A stretch of DNA of 62,981 nucleotides, counting the filler, from Stramenopiles sp. TOSAG23-3 (Eukaryota): assembly GCA_900128585.1 (NCBI GenBank). It is 8 parts of 8 records of this genome, joined end to end, with 100 filler letters (N's around TTAATTAATTAA, not from the genome) between each part and the next. Parts side by side here need not be neighbours in the genome. Positions count along the whole stretch, not along the records: positions 1 to 11,461 come from LT642738.1; positions 11,562 to 22,998 come from LT642739.1; 6 more parts are not named here. One strand, given 5' to 3'. The notes beneath the pieces are model-generated. The model had not been told where the DNA came from and searched no databases. It saw only the letters and a list, made by a program, of their open reading frames with translations. A program made the translations under genes and the position numbers. Shown one piece after another: positions 11,460 to 20,397 of the stretch; position 1 is the first letter of the stretch, and each line of letters starts with the position of its first letter.

Positions 11460-11461
11460 TC
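11335..11461. repeat. (TTTC)n microsatellite running into the contig end
   Basis: Seen directly. Confidence 0.95.
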
Positions 11462-11561
11462 NNNNNNNNNNNNNNNNNNNNNNNNNNNNNNNNNNNNNNN
11501 NNNNNTTAATTAATTAANNNNNNNNNNNNNNNNNNNNNNNNNNNNNNNNNNNNNNNNNNNN
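11462..11561. other. Artificial contig linker N44-TTAATTAATTAA-N44
   Basis: Identical 100-nt six-frame-stop spacer, repeated seven times in the window. Confidence 0.98.
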
Positions 11562-14500
11562 GAAGATAGCATAGAGGAGCGGAGGCTCTCGTACCTGGCG
11601 GACGTGCTCAACCCCGTGACCTGGCCCGAGGTGCTCCGCCGGTATGTAAATTTTTGGCTGCGGTACGGGGAGTACGAACGCCTCCAGAACAAGTTCGAGG
11701 AGTTCACCCAGGAGGCGCTCGCGGACGCCGTCACCACGATGACGGACAAGACGTACTTTCACCTCACCGAACCGGAAAAGCTGACCCTGCTGAGCTTCCT
11801 GGTCGACGAGCTCCTGGACACCCCCACGATAGTCGAACACATCCAGGCTAGCAAAGAGAAGCTGCGGGAGCTGCGGGCGGACAAGAAAGAGGACGACGTG
11901 GAGGCGCGGCGCGAGGAGGCCGACATGCGGAAGCGGCAACGCCGCCGGGAGAAGGGGCTGGACAGCAGCAGCAGCGAAGACGAAAGTAGCAGTAGCGAGG
12001 AAGAGAGCAGTAGCGAGGAGGACACCGAAAATAAAGTGGGCGACGACGCGGCGGAGGCCGGGGCGCCCGTGGACGGCGACGCGGCAGCAGCAGCGGCGCC
12101 ACCGTCGGCGGAGGCCGGGGCCGAGGGCGAGGAGAAGAAGGAAGCGGCAGCGGAGGAATCGTCGTCTGAGGAGTCGTCAACCGAGGAAGAAGAGTCCTCC
12201 TCCGAGGAAGAAGAGTCGGAAGAGGAAGACGAGTCGGAAGAGGACGCAGAGCCACCGTTATACATAGAGATCGAAGAAACTATTTTCAACGGAGACCCGA
12301 ACGACCGGAAAGCCATTTTAGCGCACAGAAAGTCTGTCGAAGCCAGGAAAGTAGCGATAAAAAGCACCCATTTGGCGTGGAAAAAGCGGCAAAAGGTAAA
12401 GGCCGCACAGAGGCGACAAAAGGAGATGAAGGCGCAGCGGGAGCTGATGGCGGAGCAGCAAAAGGAGGAGGAGCGGAAAATGGAAGTCTTGAAACGGGAG
12501 CAGGAGTGGGACTTGAAAGAAATCAAACGGCACGAAGCCCACGGTCGCGCCATCGCAAAGCCCGCCGCCGCGGTGAGGGCGGGAGGCGGGGCGCTGGGAA
12601 TGGACCGGGCGTTCAACGAATACTGGTTTTTTCCGGAAGCAGACACCACCAGACTGTACGTGCTCCCTGGAAATCCAGAAGACAACGGACTCGGGCGGGG
12701 CAGTTCCAGAGTGAAAAGCGAGACCCACTGGGGCGTTTACGAGTTCAAAGAAGACATCGAAGCCCTCGTCAAGTCCCTCCACTCCCGCGGGATACGTGAA
12801 AGCGCGTTGCTCAAGCGCCTCTCCGATCCCGTCGTTTACCACACGCTGACACGGCGGATGCGAAGCCGGGAAGCAGAGGAGATTGCGCGTCAAAAGGCGG
12901 CCGCGAAGAAGGCGAGGGCAGAGAAGTTGATCGACCGGGAGAAACTCTTGGCTGAGAAACGCGCCGCGGAAGAAGCGAGGAGGCAGCTGTTGATATCGCA
13001 GAGGACGTCGTCGCGGCGGGCGGCCGCGCACAAGGCCGTGTCCAACATGATCGGTAACCGGGTATTTGAAAGGCCGAAAGCGGAGAAAGACGAAGAGGAA
13101 GCTGCGCAGGGCTCGTCAAGGAAAAGGGATGACACGAACTTTTTGTCGTGGGCGAACACGACCCGGTCCAAGTACATTAATAGCGACCCAGAGTATTTCT
13201 CGTACGGCGGGTCCCCGCCGGCGGAAATCCCGTTCCAAAAGGCCTCAATCGAAAACAATGCCATCGGGTGCATGAAAGAGTACATGATGACGCTGGTGTC
13301 GTGCGCAGAAAGTTTTGACGTTGTTTTGCCTCCGGTGGTGGAAAGCTCATCGGCCCCTTCGGAGCCAGAGAAGTCGAAGGCACCGGCAGAGGATATCTTG
13401 GTGAAGCACGAAACCGAGGCCCAGGCGGGTGGCCCCGACGCGCCAGTGGCCCAGGCGGGCAGCGGCGAGGTGGCGCCGGGGGAGACCGTGCCGGCCGCCG
13501 ACGGGGTGAAGCACGAGGCGCCCACCGAGACGACGGGGCCCAGCAGTGCCCCAGAGGACGAATGGGACAGGTTCAGAGCCCACACCCAGACCATAGATAG
13601 CACGGAAAAGGCAGCCAAAGCCATTATTCGATTTGAAGATTGCTTGTTCAATCATGTCAAACAAACCCAGAGCCCTTTTCATCGCTGGAAAAGGCAAAAC
13701 AAGGAGGGGGGGGAAGAAAATAGCGACGGTGAGATGAGCATAGATGGGGAAGCAGGCGACGCGGACGATGGAGGTGATGGGGAAAACTCCGAATTCGAGT
13801 GGAGCGATGATGAGGAGTACGTCGTCTCCGCTGCTGCGGAGACAACCCCATGGGACACTCCGGGGGCGCGAGAAAAGTGGATCCAAAGCGTGCAGGATTC
13901 AAAGGGAAGAAAGAACGGAAGCTTTTACACCGCTTTCTTTCAACTGGTAGAGATCGTGTTTGGGTGGGTGAAAAGCCAGCAATTGGAACCAAAAGAGCAC
14001 CCAACGGCGGTTTCTCCCCAGGGCGACACAATGAAAGTCCCCGAAGGGGCGACACCAACGAACAAGATCGTCTGGGCGCGAATTCCAGGGTACCCCTGGT
14101 GGCCTGGCCGAGAATGCATCCCCGACCTGTCTGCGGAACCTCACCATACAAAAGTCTTGTTTTTCGAGGATTCAAGTGTGTGTTACGTGCCGAACAAGTT
14201 TGTGAAGCCCTGGAAAGACGGTGACAACGCCGACGAGTACGAGGAACTCTCGGAGCCCGTCATGGTGTCTGACCGCGTTAGGTTTTGGAATGCGGTAGTC
14301 TTTGCGTCAAATTTCAGCCAAAGATTCCCTTACGCCAAACAGAGAGTCAAACGGCCACTTGCGAAAGCGAAGAATGGGAAGGCGCCGAAGAAGGCCAAAC
14401 TGTCGAAAGGACCGAGGCCCAAGGACCCAAACAAGAAGAAGGCGCAAACTGCCAACCAACTCGCATACTTCGAGGCACTTAAAGACAATTACGATAAAAT

Positions 14501-15251
14501 GAAGATTTTGTACCCTGACGACAATGCGACGGAAAGAAACCGGCGCGCAAGGGAGTACTGGCATACGATGACCCAAGAAGAAAAGCAGGTGTACATAGAC
14601 CGTGCGGCGCTGACGGGGGCCCCCCTCGCTCGGGAGAGGAAACACAAAGAGAACTCTGCCCAGCAGGAAGCGTACTACGAAGTTGTTCGTGTCAATATCG
14701 AACGGTTCAAAGAAATGCACCCAGAGAAGAAGGGCTCGGAATGGAAATCGATGGCACGAGCAGAGTGGCATAAAATGCCGGATGCCCAGAAAAAGCCATA
14801 CATTGATGCAGCCATAAAGAAGGGGTTTAAGCATTCGGCGTGGTATGCCAAAATACAGAAACGAAAAGCGAGTAGTAAATCGACGCCAAAGAAAACCAAG
14901 AAGACAAAGCAAGCAGCGAAGAAGGCCGCGAAAATCCTTTCCAAGGCATCCGCACCAAGTGCAAAGCAGAGCAACGGTAATAGTGCGCTAAAGGCCGCGC
15001 CAGCCGTGCCAACGATTTCGGATCGCCAACCATTGCAGACGCAAAAGGCAGTTCTGCCCCCGCCCAGTTTGTCCTCCAACGATGCGCTTTTGCAGACTCA
15101 CAAGGTAGTTGTCCCACCCCCTGCTTCGGCTGCAGCGCCATCGACCAACGTTGCACCTCAACAGAATGAAACCCCTCTCCCGGCAGCGGATGACATAGCA
15201 CAATTTGCACCACCAAAGGCAGCGTTCAAATACACTGGGATTTCGCCTTAG
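11562..15251 (+). CDS. DDT/WHIM-WSD ISWI-partner-like chromatin protein with PWWP and two HMG-box-like repeats, 5'-partial
   Basis: LNPVTWPEVLRRY (DDT-like), EKLTLLSFLVDELL (WHIM1), LGMDRAFNEYWFF and LHSRGIRESALL (WSD), VWARIPGYPWWPG, W..M...EKQVY / W..MPDAQKKPY. Confidence 0.85.
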   Translation, partial: EDSIEERRLSYLADVLNPVTWPEVLRRYVNFWLRYGEYERLQNKFEEFTQEALADAVTTMTDKTYFHLTEPEKLTLLSFLVDELLDTPTIVEHIQASKEKLRELRADKKEDDVEARREEADMRKRQRRREKGLDSSSSEDESSSSEEESSSEEDTENKVGDDAAEAGAPVDGDAAAAAAPPSAEAGAEGEEKKEAAAEESSSEESSTEEEESSSEEEESEEEDESEEDAEPPLYIEIEETIFNGDPNDRKAILAHRKSVEARKVAIKSTHLAWKKRQKVKAAQRRQKEMKAQRELMAEQQKEEERKMEVLKREQEWDLKEIKRHEAHGRAIAKPAAAVRAGGGALGMDRAFNEYWFFPEADTTRLYVLPGNPEDNGLGRGSSRVKSETHWGVYEFKEDIEALVKSLHSRGIRESALLKRLSDPVVYHTLTRRMRSREAEEIARQKAAAKKARAEKLIDREKLLAEKRAAEEARRQLLISQRTSSRRAAAHKAVSNMIGNRVFERPKAEKDEEEAAQGSSRKRDDTNFLSWANTTRSKYINSDPEYFSYGGSPPAEIPFQKASIENNAIGCMKEYMMTLVSCAESFDVVLPPVVESSSAPSEPEKSKAPAEDILVKHETEAQAGGPDAPVAQAGSGEVAPGETVPAADGVKHEAPTETTGPSSAPEDEWDRFRAHTQTIDSTEKAAKAIIRFEDCLFNHVKQTQSPFHRWKRQNKEGGEENSDGEMSIDGEAGDADDGGDGENSEFEWSDDEEYVVSAAAETTPWDTPGAREKWIQSVQDSKGRKNGSFYTAFFQLVEIVFGWVKSQQLEPKEHPTAVSPQGDTMKVPEGATPTNKIVWARIPGYPWWPGRECIPDLSAEPHHTKVLFFEDSSVCYVPNKFVKPWKDGDNADEYEELSEPVMVSDRVRFWNAVVFASNFSQRFPYAKQRVKRPLAKAKNGKAPKKAKLSKGPRPKDPNKKKAQTANQLAYFEALKDNYDKMKILYPDDNATERNRRAREYWHTMTQEEKQVYIDRAALTGAPLARERKHKENSAQQEAYYEVVRVNIERFKEMHPEKKGSEWKSMARAEWHKMPDAQKKPYIDAAIKKGFKHSAWYAKIQKRKASSKSTPKKTKKTKQAAKKAAKILSKASAPSAKQSNGNSALKAAPAVPTISDRQPLQTQKAVLPPPSLSSNDALLQTHKVVVPPPASAAAPSTNVAPQQNETPLPAADDIAQFAPPKAAFKYTGISP

Positions 15252-15276
15252 TTTTTATCACAAACAAATATTAATT

Positions 15277-15299
15277 AAAAAAAAAACAAGAAAATTGGC
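15277..15299 (+). repeat. Short 3'-flank element copy
   Basis: A10-CAAGAAAATTGGC about 26 nt after the stop at 15251. Confidence 0.85.
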
Positions 15300-15337
15300 A
15301 AATATTAATAAAATTCTTTAAAAATAAAACTGGTAGG

Positions 15338-15768
15338 CATCGACGCAAATACAAATACCCATGTTCGGATCATGTATGGAGCACATTAGAGAATGATAGT
15401 CACGACTAAGTGACAAAGAATATATGGATCAGTGAAATCACAGGAGCTGAGACAAGTTCGCAGTATATGAAGGAACGTAAACCTTTGATCGACAAAAGGG
15501 GCAGATTCACTTTCGTGGTATCATATGAAGAAGATAAATTTTAATAGTGACAAGGGTATATCGATTATGTTAGTAAAACCAAAAGAGCAAGGATAAGTTC
15601 GCAGCTCATGAAGGAATGTAAACCTAGAATGTCTAAATCTAGATTTCAGTTCGCAGTACATTTTAATTTTAATTTTACTTAAATAACAGCCAATTTTCTT
15701 GTTTAAATTTTAATAACTTAAAATAACAGCCAATTTTCTTGTTTAATAACAGCCAATTTTTTGTTTTT
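15338..15768 (-). mobile_element. Composite long copy of the 3'-flank element with three tandem fixed ends
   Basis: Aligns with 50945-51155 (reverse complement), 51930-52139 and 62164-62485; fixed ends at 15675-15704, 15716-15744 and 15745-15768. Confidence 0.75.
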
Positions 15769-15866
15769 CAATATAAAACTGTGCTGTTGTTGTTGTTGTT
15801 GTGTAAATCAATCATCATCCATAATATACCCGTAGAGACAAACTCTGATCCCAATTATTGTTGTAG

Positions 15867-16373
15867 TTAGCATGCGGAGTCAACTTTCCATATTTCCGTC
15901 TGCTCATCGTTCATTTCACCTCTGTGTTTAAAACCATTTTTAGCAAGAACGCGTTTAGAAGCGTTATTTTGTCTATCTACAAGAGCAAATACACGATCAC
16001 CCACATCTTGTATTTGGTTACGAGCAAATTGTAACGCTAGATTTACTGCTTTCGTTGCCCGCCCACATCCTCGGTATGTTTCTAAAATGCCAAAACCGAT
16101 TTCAAAACCTCCATACTTTGCATTCTTCCGTACAAGGCAACAGCCGACAGGAGTCTTCTCGTCCAGTACAGTGAACATCCAACATTGCTGCTGTTTGCAG
16201 TTCTCTTCGGACCGATTGCAAAATTCCGCGATTTTCTCTTCTGGCAAAACACTCCCTCCTGCATTTTCTTTTATAATTAAGGGGTCTCGAAAAAAAGAGG
16301 ACAAAAATTTAAAGTCTGCTTGTGTATGGAGACGAATATTGACGCAGTTCTCCACCATTTTCTTTCCCTGCAT
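15867..16373 (-). CDS. GNAT acetyltransferase, RimJ/RimL-like
   Basis: FEIGFGILETYRGCGRAT motif A and NNASKRVLAKNGF motif B. Confidence 0.88.
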   Translation of the reverse strand: MQGKKMVENCVNIRLHTQADFKFLSSFFRDPLIIKENAGGSVLPEEKIAEFCNRSEENCKQQQCWMFTVLDEKTPVGCCLVRKNAKYGGFEIGFGILETYRGCGRATKAVNLALQFARNQIQDVGDRVFALVDRQNNASKRVLAKNGFKHRGEMNDEQTEIWKVDSAC

Positions 16374-16944
16374 ATTTTTTCCAACTCTCTCCTAAAATTA
16401 ATTTATCAGCTAATGTTTTTGAGTCCTCAGCAAAAACAGCCATTAGTTTATCTAAGATTTTTTGTTTAATCTTTGTTAATTAAATAAAAAAATAAAAAAT
16501 AAATAATAATAATGAATGAATAATATCTTTTACGATCGATCTTCTTTGTGTGGTGGAATTTTTGGTGTAATTATTATATAATAGCTTATAGTCTATTATG
16601 TTATTTAATTGTATTATTAGTGTCTAAACTATTTATTGAATTTATTATTATTTTCATTCTTCTTTGCGCTGCCTCCTGCCTCCTGCCTCCTCTTCTACAA
16701 TATTAATAATATAATATAGATAATACCATAATATAAGAAATATAAAAAAAAAACGGTTGTTTTTTTTTTTTAGTTGTTGTGTTGTTGAATCGACAAAGAA
16801 CAGTTTCAACATATTTTGTTATTTTTATTATTATGCATCGATCAAAACGAATTTACCGCGCAGTAACACCCGTGATGCATTTCGGATTTTATATTTGAAC
16901 ACAAGATTTACGTAGATGGGGGAAACTGAAAGAAACTTCAAGAG

Positions 16945-17742
16945 ATGATACCGTTCGACGATTCCTCTCGCGGCGTGGACCTGAATCTAGAGAGGGTTGG
17001 CTTTCGGCTGCCACTTGCTACAAGTAAAGTTTGGGTTAGGAACCTAAGGGCTTCAAGTTGCTGCTTAAACCGGGCTGGGGACGAGGAAACTCAAATTCAT
17101 TTTCAAACATGTAAAAATGGGGTGCGGTTTGTTCAATTAGTGGAAGATTACATGTCCCAGGTTGGTATGGTCGTCGATCTCGTTGTCTTCTTGAACCCCC
17201 AACAAAAGTCGACCAGTGCCCTAGTCTCTTACGCAAACGGCGACGCGGCGGCACGGGCAATACGAAGCTTGAACGATACTTTTGTCAGCGGTAGACGTAT
17301 TCGCGTGATGAATTACACTGCTACTGCTGCATCTGAAAAGTGGAGAAATTTCACCAAAGTCGGCAAACGAGAGCGCCAGTGCACGAAACTGGCAAACAGA
17401 CTGTTTGGCTTTCAAGGCTGGTCCAGTGTCATCTTGAAGGTCAACGTAGTCACAATAGAATCCATTGCTGGCCTTTGGTGCGTAGAGGCAGAGACAGAAG
17501 TAGACATTGTCGTGAAGTGTGGGAACGGGGTACTATTGGAGGATGATATGGTGGTGAGACAGCTGGGGAAAGCTTCCTGCACACACGTGAGCAAAACAGA
17601 GGCCATATCGCACAGCAGAAAGGAGAGCAAAAGCATTGCTCTGGTGTGCGCTTTCGAACGAATCGTAGTGGCAACCACGTTTGGTCAGAATACGGGGAAG
17701 GTTGTGATTCCCATGGTAAGTGGCGGAGCCACACAAATTTAA
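16945..17742 (+). CDS. RDM1: RRM plus Rad52/Rad22-motif protein (RDM1-like)
   Basis: RRM (SALVSYANGDAAARAIRSLNDTFVSGRRIRV) followed by CTKLANRLFGFQGWSS, the Rad52 N-terminal signature. Confidence 0.75.
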   Translation: MIPFDDSSRGVDLNLERVGFRLPLATSKVWVRNLRASSCCLNRAGDEETQIHFQTCKNGVRFVQLVEDYMSQVGMVVDLVVFLNPQQKSTSALVSYANGDAAARAIRSLNDTFVSGRRIRVMNYTATAASEKWRNFTKVGKRERQCTKLANRLFGFQGWSSVILKVNVVTIESIAGLWCVEAETEVDIVVKCGNGVLLEDDMVVRQLGKASCTHVSKTEAISHSRKESKSIALVCAFERIVVATTFGQNTGKVVIPMVSGGATQI

Positions 17743-17814
17743 AACGTCAATTGTACAGCCAAATTAGTAAACCTTAGACTCTTTCGGGAAGACAATAAGA
17801 TAAACTTCTTTTTT

Positions 17815-19245
17815 TTACAAAAAACTTCGTTTCTTTTCCATCGCAAAAAAGATGTCGCCACCAAACTTAAAGCCGGGGGGCACAAGCGGGGGCAGCGTCG
17901 CCAGTAAATTCTCCACGAATGTGAACCGTTTCGGCGTGGTTCGCGATATCGTCGTTTTCGCGACAGGCATTTCGTGGTATGCACACACGCGGTTCTCTTT
18001 TACCAATTTCAACAAAATTTTGCTTATGTTTTGAACAGCAAAATTCATTTTTGTCTTTGGTGTATCGACATACAATAGACGAGCAATTTGGATCGCCGTT
18101 TTCGGAAAGTGAAACTTTTCCATTGCCTCTACTAATTGGTTTTCTCGAGAATCTCGGTGCAGTATGTAGCGAGAAATGTAGCCAGCGCCGTCTTCAATAT
18201 ACGGGCCATGGCCCGGCATCAATCGCTTAGGGTTGCTTGCTAGCATTTTACGCAAACTTCCCATGTAATCGTACAAATCCATAAAAAACGTGGTACCGTA
18301 GCCCAATACCGTATCGCCGCTGAATAGGTCCGCATCTTCTAATAAAAACAGCGCCACGTGCCCTGGCGAATGGCCTGGCGTGTGCATCACTTGGAGCGAC
18401 GCCCCAACCGTGTTAAGTTCCATGCCATCGTGCAACTCGATAAATGGGAAGTCACCGTTCAAACATGCGTCCTGGAATCGCTTGGCACGTTTCATAAACC
18501 AATAGGTACGCTGGAGCTCTATTTTGCTACGCCCCAGGATATCCCAGCTCAAAAACTCGGCCGAATCTTCCCCCGGCCATTTGGGCATTTTCTTTTCTGC
18601 CAGTTTTAAAAATTCTTTGTCCGTCATGCCCCGCGTAAATTCTGGGCCTTGTTCCAAGAATGGAACAAGCCCTTGTGTCTCAATTACCTCCAGCATCGAT
18701 TGGTATTTAAACGCAATAGTAGTCATGGCAACAGGGACGTTTGGGCCAAATTCATCCTGCAACCGAGCGACGTTCCCATAGTGATCGGAGTGCATGTGAG
18801 TCACGACGATGAGCTCGATGCGTTTGCAGCCAACGGTCTGCATGCACTCTCGCAAGTTTGCAACAAACTCTTCTGTTCCGTAGCCTTCGTCGCCGGTGTC
18901 GATTAGGATTCGGCTGTCGCCTGTCCCTACCAAGTAACAATTTGTCCCGTTCAAAGTGAAATCGCTCGGGTTTTGCCCCAAGCATGAGGCTATTCGGGGC
19001 GAGATTATTTCAAACGCAGGCTGTGGAGGTGCTCTCTTTTTCGCTTCAAAACGTTTCATCCAGCGTGCTACAATGTTGCGCTTGGCGCCTTCGACGTAAA
19101 CGTCGTTAGCCGAGGAAGTCGCGCCAGATTTATTTGCCTGTCGCATCGCAGCACTCATTTCCCTCGTTAAAAACAAAGCACCCGGCGAACATACCTCCGG
19201 GGTTGACGAGCAACAGGGACACTTTGCTCCAAAAATAAGTTCCAT
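17815..19245 (-). CDS. LACTB2: Metallo-beta-lactamase fold endoribonuclease, LACTB2-like
   Basis: GQNPSDFTLNGTNCYLVG, LIDTG, THMHSDH, HTPGHSPGH, FSGDTVLG, PGHGP and a C-terminal winged-helix-like segment. Confidence 0.85.
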   Translation of the reverse strand: MELIFGAKCPCCSSTPEVCSPGALFLTREMSAAMRQANKSGATSSANDVYVEGAKRNIVARWMKRFEAKKRAPPQPAFEIISPRIASCLGQNPSDFTLNGTNCYLVGTGDSRILIDTGDEGYGTEEFVANLRECMQTVGCKRIELIVVTHMHSDHYGNVARLQDEFGPNVPVAMTTIAFKYQSMLEVIETQGLVPFLEQGPEFTRGMTDKEFLKLAEKKMPKWPGEDSAEFLSWDILGRSKIELQRTYWFMKRAKRFQDACLNGDFPFIELHDGMELNTVGASLQVMHTPGHSPGHVALFLLEDADLFSGDTVLGYGTTFFMDLYDYMGSLRKMLASNPKRLMPGHGPYIEDGAGYISRYILHRDSRENQLVEAMEKFHFPKTAIQIARLLYVDTPKTKMNFAVQNISKILLKLVKENRVCAYHEMPVAKTTISRTTPKRFTFVENLLATLPPLVPPGFKFGGDIFFAMEKKRSFL

Positions 19246-19422
19246 TGCCCAGTATTTTATCTATTGGGGAACGCTAATCTAGGAAATATGTAACCCACAC
19301 CTTTCAAGAACGTAAACAGTAACTAGATAAAATCGACATGAATGCCCGGCATCATCATCCAATTGGTTAATTTTCCAACTATTTATAATATATGGAATAC
19401 AGAATTGTTGGGAATATATATA

Positions 19423-19510
19423 GAAGAAGAAGAAGAAGAAGAAGAAGAAGAAGAAGAAGAAGAAGAAAAGAAAGAAGAAGAAGAAGAAGAAGAAGAAGAA
19501 GAAGAAGAGA
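19423..19510. repeat. (GAA)n microsatellite in a divergent spacer
   Basis: Seen directly. Confidence 0.95.
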
Positions 19511-20397
19511 AGATGATTTTTTTTTTTTATTGATGGATGATGAATATTAATATTTTTATTATATTGATGTTAAATGATGAATGATGATGATGGATTTTTT
19601 TTTTTTTTTTTAAATAATGGCTTCTTTTTTTAGTGAGAAAAAATACAAAAAATCAAATAATAATGTTTTAAGTTTATTTTAATGCTGTAATTATATTATA
19701 TTTAATATTTGCTGTGTCTATATACAAATTGTTACAAAATCGCCTTTCAGACAAAAACGCCTTGTTTTTATAAATCATCCAGAAACAAAAGAGCTTTTGT
19801 TCCGTTATTATTATTATATTTTAAATATATTATTATTCGGTTGCACTGCTATAATAATAATAGAGGAGCCTACGAGGACAGTTGGCTCTGCTCAGGAGAG
19901 GCAGCGCATTCTTCAGCAGCAGTTAGTCAGCAATAATTAGCAGCAAGCAGCAAGCAGCAGGACAATTTTTTTGGTTTAGAATTGTTGAACTACTTTGGTA
20001 GGTACAGCTATGGTAACGTAGGTAGTTTAAAGTAGTATTAATAGTACTCGTAGTGAGGAAGGGCGGATGGGGGTGTGTCAACTGTCAACCCAGGACGAGA
20101 ATAACGTCCATTGTATTCGGCGTATATCGAACAGGGCGGAGGATGGATGGGATGATGATGTACGATATTATGATGGTGGTGGATGGATGGGATGGTAAGA
20201 AAAAAAACGAACGTTCTTTCTTAACAAGGAAGACAACACAACATACACAACAAACCCACGAGCTTGCTATTATATTTGGACTACGAAAAGATGAACAGAC
20301 AAAGTACCGAGCGCTTTTCTTTCAATGTTCTGCAACGGAACAGCAACAAAGCGAGAAACACTGAAGCCACCTTTTTATCTCAATCGGTCGCATCACA

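Noticed and set aside
11759-13651. Long antisense ORFs (308, 237 and 253 aa) inside the DDT gene, and similar ones in other GC-rich genes
   Set aside because: Shadow frames of GC-rich coding sequence with no recognisable motifs
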